Under the pieces are notes generated by a model. The model ran no database searches. It had not been told where the DNA came from and saw only the letters and a program-made list of their open reading frames with translations. Shown piece after piece: positions 22,951 to 32,935 of a stretch of 64,000 nt of DNA. Positions within the stretch are counted from its first letter, which is position 1. Each line of letters starts with the position of its first letter. The stretch is from contig CAVTJJ010000006.1 of the NCBI GenBank assembly GCA_963735035.1, positions 384,001 through 448,000 of the forward strand, in the 5' to 3' direction. The DNA is from an uncultured candidate division Zixibacteria bacterium (GTDB taxonomy: Bacteria > Zixibacteria > MSB-5A5 > GN15 > FEB-12). The position numbers and the translations under genes were made by a program.

Positions 22951-23673
22951 TCATTTTTCTTTTGTCGTAAATACAGGGCGGAAACTGAAGTCGCCGAACT
23001 GCATGGGAATTGATACCCTAATGATCTCGCCCTGGTTCCCACTCAAATCGATCGTAACGGAACCTTCGTAGAGAACTGCAGCATTATCCTTTCCTATCGT
23101 TATCCGTCCGACAATCGTCTTGCCCGCTTCAACCGAATCCGGAAGCACTAACACGATTCCGGGACCTGATTCTACCGGGCTTACCGATAGTTTCTCGGCG
23201 GTCCGGTTGGTAAGCTCAAAAGTACCCGACAATTCGACTTCCGGGCTGCCCGACAATTTCACATTTACGGGCGACCAAGAGACAGACGCCTGAAGCTTGT
23301 CCGGGGTTACTACATTTCCTTTGAGGACTATCTCATAAGGGAACGGAATGGAATCAAAATAGAGATAGGCGGACTGGCTCCGAGCGCCAGCAGAACCTCT
23401 TGTCTGCCAGTAAAATACGAGAGGCAGACTATCGCCGGGGGGGATGGTGTCCTGAATTTGGGGAACGACCAGACAACCGCATCCGGACTTTACGGAATTA
23501 ATTCTGAGCGTGTCGGTACCCACGGCATGAACCCAGATCTGATGCGTAACGGTCACGTTGGTCGTTACCTGACCGAAATCGAATTCGCCGCCATTGATTC
23601 TGAACTTGTCCTCAGCCCACGAAGACGTGGCAAGTAGAAGGCTAAGAGCGAATATGCGAACAGTAATAATCAT
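22951..23673 (-). CDS. secreted DUF1573/Ig-like protein (Cys paralog)
   Basis: Signal peptide; EFDFG; TLRINSVKSGCGCL. Confidence 0.8.
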   Translation of the reverse strand: MIITVRIFALSLLLATSSWAEDKFRINGGEFDFGQVTTNVTVTHQIWVHAVGTDTLRINSVKSGCGCLVVPQIQDTIPPGDSLPLVFYWQTRGSAGARSQSAYLYFDSIPFPYEIVLKGNVVTPDKLQASVSWSPVNVKLSGSPEVELSGTFELTNRTAEKLSVSPVESGPGIVLVLPDSVEAGKTIVGRITIGKDNAAVLYEGSVTIDLSGNQGEIIRVSIPMQFGDFSFRPVFTTKEK

Positions 23674-23797
23674 AATGTTGACTCGGTCGTATAACTTATT
23701 GCATCGAAGCGGGTTGGTCAAGGTCTTTCAACTGTTTTAGCTTGTTCTTAAACACCTGGCGTTCTAAGATTGATCGATTTAATCGAGTTGTAGATTT

Positions 23798-24730
23798 ATG
23801 CGTGTAATTGAAATACAGGACCTCACCAAGATCTATGCTACCCGACTGAAGAAGGGCAACGTAGTCGCGCTGGATACGGTGTCATTTGGGGTTGATCAAG
23901 GTGAAATCTTTGGCTTGCTTGGCCCGAACGGGGCCGGCAAGACCACCCTTATCAAAGTGCTGTTGGGCATCACTGAAGCGACTTCGGGCGATGTTCTTAT
24001 CAACGGCCTTCGTCCGACCGATCCAACCTCCCGTGAGAAACTGGGGTTTCTTCAAGAGAATCCCCGGTTCCCGGAACACCTGACTGGCAACGGTCTTTTG
24101 TGGTTGGCCGGTCGACTATGCGGAGTCAGTGATGCGGACCTGGACAAGCGGACCCCGGTGCTGATGGAAACGGTCGGGATGGGGAAATGGGCCGATGTCA
24201 AGATAAGCAAGTACTCCAAGGGGATGATTCAGAGAATCGGTCTGGCTCAGGCGCTTGTCTCGGAGCCGGATATAGTGTTTCTTGACGAACCGACCGAAGG
24301 GATTGATCCGATCGGCAAAGTCGAATTTAGAGACGTCCTCAAGCGTCTGCGCGATCAAGGCAAGACGGTGCTTCTCAATTCCCACCTGCTGGGCGAAGTC
24401 GAGATGATTGCCGACCGGGTAGCAATCTTGTCTCGTGGAAAACTGGCGCGGGTGGGGACGGTCGATGAACTGACGGTAAGTGGGAATCAATACGAAATCG
24501 AGGCGGATATCGGTGACGACCGGTTTGAGATGCCCCCTGAGGTTGGTCGCATCGTAATTATCAAGACTGATGGAATGACGGTCGAACTCGAAAAGCTGGA
24601 GAACATCAATCTGGTCATCGATCAGTTGCGCCTGCGGCATATAAACATTCGGTCAGTGCAGCCGGTCAGACAGTCGCTGGAGCGGTCGTTCGTTGACGCC
24701 GTCACGGAGCCTGCGGGGGGGACGGAATGA
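23798..24730 (+). CDS. ABC-2 type transporter ATP-binding protein
   Basis: GPNGAGKTT, YSKGMIQR, LDEPTEG, NSHLL. Confidence 0.93.
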   Translation: MRVIEIQDLTKIYATRLKKGNVVALDTVSFGVDQGEIFGLLGPNGAGKTTLIKVLLGITEATSGDVLINGLRPTDPTSREKLGFLQENPRFPEHLTGNGLLWLAGRLCGVSDADLDKRTPVLMETVGMGKWADVKISKYSKGMIQRIGLAQALVSEPDIVFLDEPTEGIDPIGKVEFRDVLKRLRDQGKTVLLNSHLLGEVEMIADRVAILSRGKLARVGTVDELTVSGNQYEIEADIGDDRFEMPPEVGRIVIIKTDGMTVELEKLENINLVIDQLRLRHINIRSVQPVRQSLERSFVDAVTEPAGGTE

Positions 24731-25515
24731 ACGGTCTGTTTCGCGACACCCTTGCAGAGATGATCAGCCGGAAGATATTCGTCCTCTTTGTCATCGTGAC
24801 CCTGATCCTCTTGTTGGCCGTCTGGGGCACCTGGGAGGTCAGACTGAACATATCGGGTGACCAGGAGTTCAACGAGTCAGCCTCGGGTGCTGCGGCGTCG
24901 CTCGTGGCTGAGGCTTTTTCGAAAGTCATGTCGGTCTTTGTATTCTTTGCCGTATTCGCCACCGCCGGCTTGATACCCCGATCACTCGAACGGGGCAGGG
25001 CTGAATTCTTTCTGTCCAAGCCTCTCTCGCGGGCGCGGCTTCTGACGGCCAGGCTCGTGTCCATATGGCTGGTCTATGGCCTGATGGTCGTCGCCTGCGG
25101 CTTGATCGTCTACCTCGTGATGGTTCTCGTGCATGGTGGCTTTGACCCGGCTATGTTAGTTCTCTTCGTTATGACGTTCGTAGAATTCGGCATCTGGGTC
25201 AGCATCATTGGTATGGCCGGGATACTGTTCGGTTCGGCGTCGTGGACGATGATTATCGCGTTCAGTATCTGGGTTGCGCAATTGCTGTTGGCCTCCCACG
25301 ACAGTCTCCGGAATTTCCTGACCAATCAGGTTGTTATATACACGATAGATACGTTGTACTACATAGTTCCCAAGACTGGTCAGATGCGTGACCTGGCGGT
25401 CAGTGTTGCGATCGGACGACCCGTGGAAAGCTGGCTGCCCCTCTGGAGCTCGGCGGTCGTCGCAGCTATCTTGTACTACTGTACCGTTTCGGTTTTTTCG
25501 CGCCGGGATTACTAG
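24727..25515 (+). CDS. ABC-2 type transporter permease
   Basis: About six TM segments; ERGRAEFFLSKPLSR; C-terminal FSRRDY; overlaps the ATPase stop codon. Confidence 0.88.
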   Translation: MNGLFRDTLAEMISRKIFVLFVIVTLILLLAVWGTWEVRLNISGDQEFNESASGAAASLVAEAFSKVMSVFVFFAVFATAGLIPRSLERGRAEFFLSKPLSRARLLTARLVSIWLVYGLMVVACGLIVYLVMVLVHGGFDPAMLVLFVMTFVEFGIWVSIIGMAGILFGSASWTMIIAFSIWVAQLLLASHDSLRNFLTNQVVIYTIDTLYYIVPKTGQMRDLAVSVAIGRPVESWLPLWSSAVVAAILYYCTVSVFSRRDY

Positions 25516-25539
25516 TCCCGGGTAGATCGGGAATCGGCC

Positions 25540-26067
25540 ATGGCGGATTCGAGTGAACTTCAAATTCTGCTGGAACCTCTTCGGATTGCCCTGCAGTTGG
25601 AAGTCGAGGGGCGGCTTTTGTTCCTGGAGGCGGCGCGACGGGCTTCCGGGCGCCATGCCAGGCAGACTTTCGAGTTTCTTGCCTTGGAGGAAGAACGTCA
25701 TCTGCGGCGGATTAGCGATTTCTACGCCACGATTGAAAAGAAAGGTCGGCCGGACAAATCGTATCGGCCGGACCCTATCTCTGGCGACCGTCTGGCTCAA
25801 TTCAATTCCCGGCTGGCCCTGCTGCGCGACGACCTGAAACCGACCCAGTCGGATATTGAGGCTTTTCGCTTTGCGATCCGGTTCGAAAACGGGGCCGAGG
25901 ATTTCTATCGCCGACAAATTGAAAGCTCCGACGACGAGCTAGTCTGCAGTTTCTATCGCTGGCTGGTGGCCGAAGAGGAAATCCATGGCCAGATTCTGAC
26001 CTCCTGTCTCGAATTTGCCGAAGATCCAGCCGCCTGGTTTGGCAAACAGGACGGCAACAAAGACTGA
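25540..26067 (+). CDS. ferritin-like/rubrerythrin family protein
   Basis: Paired E..G..F/Y and EExH motifs (EEERH, EEEIH). Confidence 0.85.
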   Translation: MADSSELQILLEPLRIALQLEVEGRLLFLEAARRASGRHARQTFEFLALEEERHLRRISDFYATIEKKGRPDKSYRPDPISGDRLAQFNSRLALLRDDLKPTQSDIEAFRFAIRFENGAEDFYRRQIESSDDELVCSFYRWLVAEEEIHGQILTSCLEFAEDPAAWFGKQDGNKD

Positions 26068-26150
26068 GAGACATTCCAAACTGCTTTACTCCCCACCCTG
26101 TGTTGCCTATATTTTCAGCCTGATTTCGTACCGTATAAAGGAGTGCTTGT

Positions 26151-27518
26151 ATGACCCCGCTAGATTATCTCAACCAAACTGAGAAGCAACGTCTCGACGA
26201 TCTATTTGAGTTCCTCCGTTTCCCGTCGGTATCCGCCAAGTCCGAACATCAGCCCGACATGGTCAAGTGTGCGACCTGGCTGTGTGATCATCTCAAAGCC
26301 ATCGGGTTCAAGTCCGAGGTTCTTCCGACCGGAGGACATCCGCTGGTATACGGCGAGTATCTGGTATCACCGAAACTGCCGACCGTACTCTACTATGGAC
26401 ACTACGACGTCCAGCCTCCGGAACCGTTTGATTTGTGGAAGACTCCGCCTTTTGAGCCGAGAGTCGATGGTGGATACATCTGGGCGCGCGGCTGTGCCGA
26501 CAACAAGGGGCAGTTGTTTACGCACGTCAAAGGGCTCGAAGCGGCACTAAAGACCAACGGTACCCTGCCGCTAAACGTGAAGCTGCTCTTCGAAGGTGAA
26601 GAAGAAGTTCATTCGGCGCATCTTCCGGCCTGGATCAAGAAGAATCGCAAGATGCTGGCGGCCGACATCGCAGTGGTTTCCGACACGGCGATGTTTTCAC
26701 CGACCCTGCCGGCCGTCACGTTTGGGCTGCGCGGAATAGCTTCGTGCGAAGTATTCGTGTATGGTCCCGATAAAGACGTCCACTCCGGCAGTTTCGGCGG
26801 CGCGATCGCCAATCCAGCTAACATGCTCTGTCGGCTGGTGTCGCAGTTGCACGACAAAGACGGGCGGGTAGCCATACCGGGATTCTACAAAGCGGTCAAG
26901 CCCCTCACCAAGTGGGAACGCGCCCAGTTCAAGAAGCTTCCCTTCAACGAAAAAGGGTACATGAAAGAACTTGGCGTGAAGGGTCTACAAGGCGAGAAAG
27001 GCTATTCAACTTACGAGCGTTCCTGGTCGCGTCCGACCTGCGATGTCAACGGCATCACCAGCGGTTATCAGGGTGAAGGAGCCAAGACAATCATCCCGTC
27101 GTTTGCCTCATGCAAGATAACCATGCGTCTCGTGCCGGATCAGGAGCCGATGGACATCTGCAACAAGCTGGAGAAGTTCCTGCTAAAGATCGCTCCCAAG
27201 TCGGTTCGCATCAAAGTCGACAAGCACGGCGGCGCGAGCGCGGTGGTTGTCCCACAGGAAGGTCCCTGGCTGGACGCCGCGGCGCGAGCCATCAAAGTCG
27301 GATTCGGCAAAGCGCCGGTATTCATGAAAGAAGGCGGGTCGATACCGATTGTCGGCGAATTCAAGGCTACGCTGGGAGTCGATACACTCCTGATCGGCTT
27401 CTGCCAGAACACCGACAACATTCACTCACCCAACGAACGCTTCCGCGTTCAGGACTTTGAGCGAGGCTGCAAGACGGCTGCCGCGCTGCCGTTCGAACTG
27501 GCCGGAGTAAAGGGCTAA
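26151..27518 (+). CDS. M20 family dipeptidase
   Basis: YGHYDVQP, ARGCADNKGQ, EGEEE, HSG, GGSIP, HSPNE. Confidence 0.93.
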   Translation: MTPLDYLNQTEKQRLDDLFEFLRFPSVSAKSEHQPDMVKCATWLCDHLKAIGFKSEVLPTGGHPLVYGEYLVSPKLPTVLYYGHYDVQPPEPFDLWKTPPFEPRVDGGYIWARGCADNKGQLFTHVKGLEAALKTNGTLPLNVKLLFEGEEEVHSAHLPAWIKKNRKMLAADIAVVSDTAMFSPTLPAVTFGLRGIASCEVFVYGPDKDVHSGSFGGAIANPANMLCRLVSQLHDKDGRVAIPGFYKAVKPLTKWERAQFKKLPFNEKGYMKELGVKGLQGEKGYSTYERSWSRPTCDVNGITSGYQGEGAKTIIPSFASCKITMRLVPDQEPMDICNKLEKFLLKIAPKSVRIKVDKHGGASAVVVPQEGPWLDAAARAIKVGFGKAPVFMKEGGSIPIVGEFKATLGVDTLLIGFCQNTDNIHSPNERFRVQDFERGCKTAAALPFELAGVKG

Positions 27519-28315
27519 TGGATTTTGGGTTGAAAGGTAAGCGGGCGCTCATCACAGGAGCGTCCGCCGGCCTCGGCGCCGCAGCGGCGCTGACTTTGGC
27601 TGCCGAAGGGGCGCAAGTTATCATCAACGGCCGTGATAGAGCCCGTCTCGAAGCTGCCGCGAAGAAGATTGAAACGGCTACCGGCGTCAAGCCGGGAATC
27701 GCGATAGGTGATGTGGCCAATTCAACCGACCGAGACAAGGTCATCAAAGCCATCAATGACCTGCTGCCGAATGGAAGAATCGATATTCTCGTGTCTAATA
27801 CCGGTGGTCCACCGGCCGGAGCTTTTCTGGACCACACAAGCGAGGTTTGGGACGAGGCCGGAAAACTTCTGCTCGAATCAGCCGTCGGTCTGACCAGAGC
27901 TTTTCTTCCCGGTATGATCGACCAGAAGTGGGGCCGACTGATTTACATAACGTCGGTGGCTGTGCTTCAGCCTATCGATGACCTGATCCTCTCCAACAGC
28001 TACCGGGCGGCCGTGACCGGTTTTAGCAAGACTGTCTCAAATACCTACGCCAAACATGGCATCACGGCGAATTGTGTCTGTCCCGGCTACACCGCGACCG
28101 AACGTCTCATGGGACTCGCTGAAACCCGCGCCAAGGCGGCCGGGATAACTCAGCAACAGGCGTTACAGAGATTTGTCGATGCCGTTCCGGCGGGTCGATT
28201 GGGCAGGCCGGACGAATTGGCTTCGCTGATTACTTTCCTGGCCTCAGACTGCGCCGCTTACATTACCGGCTGCTCAATTCCGGTAGACGGTGGCGTGTAC
28301 CGGGGTCTGGTCTGA
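27518..28315 (+). CDS. SDR family oxidoreductase
   Basis: TGASAGLG, NTGGP, PGYTATER, VDGG. Confidence 0.92.
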   Translation: MDFGLKGKRALITGASAGLGAAAALTLAAEGAQVIINGRDRARLEAAAKKIETATGVKPGIAIGDVANSTDRDKVIKAINDLLPNGRIDILVSNTGGPPAGAFLDHTSEVWDEAGKLLLESAVGLTRAFLPGMIDQKWGRLIYITSVAVLQPIDDLILSNSYRAAVTGFSKTVSNTYAKHGITANCVCPGYTATERLMGLAETRAKAAGITQQQALQRFVDAVPAGRLGRPDELASLITFLASDCAAYITGCSIPVDGGVYRGLV

Positions 28316-28346
28316 TCCGCCGACACAACCCGCACATGGTAAGAGC

Positions 28347-29252
28347 ATGAGTTTCGCCGGTGACAGCGTACCTTCGGGGCCGCGACCTCAGCTCTGGCGC
28401 ATTGTGCTGGCGGTGGCGGTCCTTCAGACGATCGCTGGAGCTTGCTACCCGATAGCAAAGTACGGACTGAGCATAATCGAGCCGTTCACGTTTGCGTTCT
28501 ATCGGTTCCTGATTTCTTCAATAGTGTTGCTGATCTTGTCCTGGTCACGACGCCATGATAAACCTATCGAAAGACAGGATTGGTGGCGCATCGTCTTCTT
28601 AGGCATTTTGGTCATTCCACTGAACCAAACGTTGTTTCTGGTAGGCCAGGCGATGACCGGCGCCGGTCATGGAGCGTTTCTGTTTTCGACAACCCCGGTG
28701 TGGGTATTTCTGTTGGCTGTTATTCACCTGAAAGAGAAAGCCACCTGGCGGAGGGGCGCAGGCATTGTCGTGGCGGTCTCGGGTGTGATCATAATCATGT
28801 GGTCGGGGCTGGCCCATTTCGGCAAGGAGTATCTCATAGGTGACCTGATCATTGTCGTCTCCGTGGTCGCCTGGGGATACTACACGATTCTGGGGCAGAG
28901 CCTGGTGCGGAAGTACGGCGCACTTCGGACCACCGCCTACGCACTCGCGAGCGGCTCGGCCATCTACTTTCCGTTTGGCTTGTACTACGCCATCAAGTTT
29001 GACTATTCAAACACCACCCCGGCGGCCTGGGGATCGGTCGTATATATGGCGATTGGCCTCTCAGTAGTGGTATATGTGCTCTGGTACTGGTTGATAAAGC
29101 ATCTCGAAGTGTCCCGCATTGCCGTCTATCACAACATCCAGCCGATTTGGGCGTCCACTGTGGCGTATATCTTTCTGCACGAATCGCTAACTCCCGTCTT
29201 TCTGGTGGGCGGCGCTTTGGTACTCGTCGGCGTTCTCATCACCGAACTCTGA
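28347..29252 (+). CDS. DMT/EamA family transporter
   Basis: About ten TM segments in two EamA repeats (FYRF, LKEK, LHES). Confidence 0.9.
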   Translation: MSFAGDSVPSGPRPQLWRIVLAVAVLQTIAGACYPIAKYGLSIIEPFTFAFYRFLISSIVLLILSWSRRHDKPIERQDWWRIVFLGILVIPLNQTLFLVGQAMTGAGHGAFLFSTTPVWVFLLAVIHLKEKATWRRGAGIVVAVSGVIIIMWSGLAHFGKEYLIGDLIIVVSVVAWGYYTILGQSLVRKYGALRTTAYALASGSAIYFPFGLYYAIKFDYSNTTPAAWGSVVYMAIGLSVVVYVLWYWLIKHLEVSRIAVYHNIQPIWASTVAYIFLHESLTPVFLVGGALVLVGVLITEL

Positions 29253-29317
29253 AATACAGTTCGGGCCCACACGCCGTTGCATGCAGGCCCGACACATTCT
29301 GAGCTATCTATCCTATC

Positions 29318-31432
29318 CTATTTAGCCGTAGAGTTGCCCTTATCGCTCGTCCCTACCCGATAGAGCACAAACCCCAGCAGGGCAAAGGGGATGAGCGCGA
29401 ACCAGTCGACCTGGGCCAGATAGCCTAGATAACTTGAACAGTCGATGCTGTCGCTCCAGCCGGCGCCGGTGATGCCGGCTATGATCACGCCCATGATGGT
29501 TCCTCCCGCGATGAAACCGGCCGACATCAACATGCCCGGCGAGAACTCCGCCTCGGCGGCCGAGCTTCGCACTTTCTTTTCGACCAGGATGCGAATCAAT
29601 CCGCCCGCCATGATTGGGGTTGAGGTTGACAGAGGCAGATAGAGCCCCACGGCGAACGGTAGCGCCGAAACACCCACCAGCTCCATCAGCAGTGCCAGCG
29701 AAATTCCTATCAACACTAATCCCCAGGGCAGCTTCTGGGTCAGGATACCGTCAATGATCAAACTGAAAAGCCGCGCTTTCGGCGAATCCAGTTTGGTCAC
29801 CGGCTTGCCGTCGACTTCGGTCACCGTTCCGGCGATACCGGGATCGATGAGATACTTAATCTGGTTGGTTTCGTCCACCAGATATCTTCCGATGAGGACA
29901 TTGCCAACCGGCTCTGTTACATGATGAAGACGGTAAGTCTTGCCATCGGGACCGACCTGGGTGCCGTCGGCAGCCGATGGGGCCGCCACGTACTCTGGAT
30001 AGGTGCGCGGTACTACTGTCGTATAGGCGTTGTTCAGGCCGATCAGGACGAGTCCGATCACCAGGGCGCTGGAGATCACGCCGATCATGATGGCCAATTG
30101 TTGATACTTGGGAGTCCCGCCCACCAGATAGCCGGTCTTCAAATCCTGGCTGATAGTCCCGCCGTTGGAAGCCGCAATGCAGACAATCGCCGCCGTGCAA
30201 AGAGCCATGGCCCGGAATCCCACCCCGGTCCAGCCGACCGCGAGGAAGAGCAGGCAGGTTATCAAGAGTGTGGCGACTGTCATTCCTGAGATCGGGTTCG
30301 ACGATGAACCTATCTCTCCGGTGATGCGACTGGAGACGGTTACGAAGAAGAATCCGAACAGGACGATCAGAATCGCCGAGATCATGTTGATGTGCAGGAT
30401 CGGAGCCAGCCATATCGCTGCGACCAGACCGAGGCTGCCGAAGACGACCACCGACATCGGCAGGTCCTGGTCAGTTCGGGGGAGATTCGCGCGGTTGGTC
30501 TTGCCGGACCGAGATTCGAGAAAGGTCGTGAACCCGCGACGGAAGGCTGAGATAATGGTCGGGAAGGAACGAATCAGACTGATGATACCGCCTGCGGCCA
30601 CCGCGCCCGCGCCTATGTAAAGCACATACGCATTGCGAATCTGTCCCGGGTCCATATCCTTGATAAGGGTGGTCGCGGGGAACAGGGGGGTAGCTAGATG
30701 CTCTCCGAAGATCGTGATCGCCGGGATCAGAATCAGATATGAGAGCATCCCTCCGGCCAGCATGTTGGCCGAGACCTTGGGACCGATGATATATCCCACC
30801 CCCATCAGTTCCGGCGAGATTTCCGCCGAGACCGATGCCCCCTTGAAGAAATTGAGCATCCGCTCCGGAATCTCGGCCCATATCCTCAACCCAACATTGA
30901 CAAACTTGTATACGGCACCCAATCCAAAACCGAGGAAGACCATCTTGGCATTCGTGCCACCCTGTTCACCGACGATCAGCACGTCGGCGCAGGCTGTTCC
31001 TTCGGGATAGGCCAGCTTACCGTGTTCTTTGACGATCAACCCCTGCCGTAGCGGGATCATCATCAGCACGCCCAGAATTCCTCCGAGCAGGGACATTATC
31101 AAAATTGGGAGCAGATCCATTTCCAACCCGAGGAGCAGGAAGACCGGCATCGTAGTGGCGACACCGAAAGCAATCGATTCACCGGCCGAACCGGTTGTCT
31201 GAACGATGTTGTTCTCCAGGATCGTCGCCCGGCCGAGCACCCGGAACAATGTGATGGACAGTACGGCGATGGGAATCGACGCGCTTACGGTCATGCCTAC
31301 TTTCAGGGCGAGATAGACTGAAGAAGCGGCGAAGATGATGCCCAGGATAGCGCCGATGGCGACCGCTCTGAAGGTGAACTCCCGGGGGCTTTCGGACGCG
31401 GGGATATAGGGCTTGAAATCAGAATGTGACAT
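29318..31432 (-). CDS. OPT family oligopeptide transporter
   Basis: YLALKVGMTVSASIP, LENNIVQT, YPEGTACA, SSNPISG, QDLKTG. Confidence 0.94.
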   Translation of the reverse strand: MSHSDFKPYIPASESPREFTFRAVAIGAILGIIFAASSVYLALKVGMTVSASIPIAVLSITLFRVLGRATILENNIVQTTGSAGESIAFGVATTMPVFLLLGLEMDLLPILIMSLLGGILGVLMMIPLRQGLIVKEHGKLAYPEGTACADVLIVGEQGGTNAKMVFLGFGLGAVYKFVNVGLRIWAEIPERMLNFFKGASVSAEISPELMGVGYIIGPKVSANMLAGGMLSYLILIPAITIFGEHLATPLFPATTLIKDMDPGQIRNAYVLYIGAGAVAAGGIISLIRSFPTIISAFRRGFTTFLESRSGKTNRANLPRTDQDLPMSVVVFGSLGLVAAIWLAPILHINMISAILIVLFGFFFVTVSSRITGEIGSSSNPISGMTVATLLITCLLFLAVGWTGVGFRAMALCTAAIVCIAASNGGTISQDLKTGYLVGGTPKYQQLAIMIGVISSALVIGLVLIGLNNAYTTVVPRTYPEYVAAPSAADGTQVGPDGKTYRLHHVTEPVGNVLIGRYLVDETNQIKYLIDPGIAGTVTEVDGKPVTKLDSPKARLFSLIIDGILTQKLPWGLVLIGISLALLMELVGVSALPFAVGLYLPLSTSTPIMAGGLIRILVEKKVRSSAAEAEFSPGMLMSAGFIAGGTIMGVIIAGITGAGWSDSIDCSSYLGYLAQVDWFALIPFALLGFVLYRVGTSDKGNSTAK

Positions 31433-31940
31433 ACCACCTGCTCTGGTCGTGGGGTTGCCGGAATTTTGAGGTTAGTATGCCTAAAAGGGCCGTTCGGGGC
31501 AACCATTAACCGCTTCCATGGTCCAGGATGGCCGGTTTCGGATCGCACTATATGCGCCGAAGGGCCGAAAAACGCCTCAATCTGGAACTGCAAGCTTGGA
31601 AAAGTGTTACATGATATAGGAAGGCGCTTGCAGCAGTGATGGCTTTGGACGAGGCCATGCGGTTGATTTGCAGCCTTTGGACGAGTCTTTATGCCACAGT
31701 TAAACAATTGGCCTACAATTGATAACAGAAATTACTTGACATAATTGGGTTGTGGGCGTTAGATTTGTTTGGGACGTCAGTTAGGTAATCGTTTTCCTTC
31801 ACCCCGGTTGCTGTAAAAAAGGTAGGACTTATTTTGACGCAATTTTGGAAATCGATTGCGGCGGGAAACGGTTGCCGACGAGCAGAAGATTGCGAATCGG
31901 TCAACTACAACAACAACCTTTTCAACCCTGAGGGGGTGAA

Positions 31941-32771
31941 ATGACGTTGAAACATTACAAGACACTGACGGTGATCGTCGCTATCGCGATGCTGCCGGCT
32001 TGGGCGTTTGCGGCCAACAAGTTTGCGCCGTTAGCCGCCGTTGCGGGTGAAAACAATACCGTAGTCGTTCCTTTGTCGATTGCGAACGATGACGGTGTTA
32101 TTGCGATTGACATCCCGTTGAAATTTTCGGAAGGCGTGACTTTGAAGTCAGTGAACTTCGAAGGGACGCGAGTCGATTATTTCGATGCCAAACTTTCCCG
32201 GATTGACAACGACAAGCATACAGTCGTTATCGGCCTTATCCACCAGCTCAGTCCTGTGGCGAAAGATCCTCTCACGGCGGGTGAGGGACCAGTCGCCAAT
32301 TTGGTGTTTGAGGTCACAGATCCGTCCGTTACCGAAATCCGGATTGACAAGGACGTGACTTCCAGCCCGGCTCACGATCTGACGTATGTATATCATACGC
32401 GGTCGAACGCCGGAAGCTACGCTTTCGACGAAGCCCACCCGGACTTCCCGGGCGTGACTGTCGCCCTTGGTACGGTGACGAGTGCTCTGCCGACAGAATT
32501 TGCTCTGGAGCAGAACTACCCGAACCCGTTCAACCCGGATACCGAAATACGCTATGCTCTTCCGGTCGAATCCGATGTCGAGTTGAGCGTCTTCAATATC
32601 CTGGGTCAGATGGTAACGACATTGACGAGTGGCAGAATGCCGGCCGGTAATCATTCGATTACCTGGCATGGCACCGATTCCGACGGTGCTCAGGTGGCGA
32701 GCGGTATCTATTTCTACCGGATCTCTGCGAAGAATTTCTCAGAGACCAAGAAGATGATGCTGCTGAAGTAA
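31941..32771 (+). CDS. secreted cohesin-like domain + FlgD-Ig/T9SS-like C-terminal sorting domain protein
   Basis: Signal peptide; VVVPLSIAN..IDIPLKF; LEQNYPNPFNP..WHGTD..VASGIYFYR..KKMMLLK. Confidence 0.85.
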   Translation: MTLKHYKTLTVIVAIAMLPAWAFAANKFAPLAAVAGENNTVVVPLSIANDDGVIAIDIPLKFSEGVTLKSVNFEGTRVDYFDAKLSRIDNDKHTVVIGLIHQLSPVAKDPLTAGEGPVANLVFEVTDPSVTEIRIDKDVTSSPAHDLTYVYHTRSNAGSYAFDEAHPDFPGVTVALGTVTSALPTEFALEQNYPNPFNPDTEIRYALPVESDVELSVFNILGQMVTTLTSGRMPAGNHSITWHGTDSDGAQVASGIYFYRISAKNFSETKKMMLLK

Positions 32772-32824
32772 GTCTGATCCGGCTTTAGCCGGTTCCGATT
32801 AGTTGTGTGTTCAATAAAGCTTGG

Positions 32825-32856
32825 AAGGCTCTTCCCGAGTACCGGGGAGAGCTTTC
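32825..32856. terminator. probable terminator
   Basis: Hairpin GAAGGCTCTTCCCG...CGGGGAGAGCTTTC between convergent genes. Confidence 0.65.
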
Positions 32857-32935
32857 TGATGTCTGGCCTACAAATTGACATCGAACGAGCTTCGTACCGT
32901 ATTCCCCCGAAAAGGCTTATTCTCGACTGAAGAGG

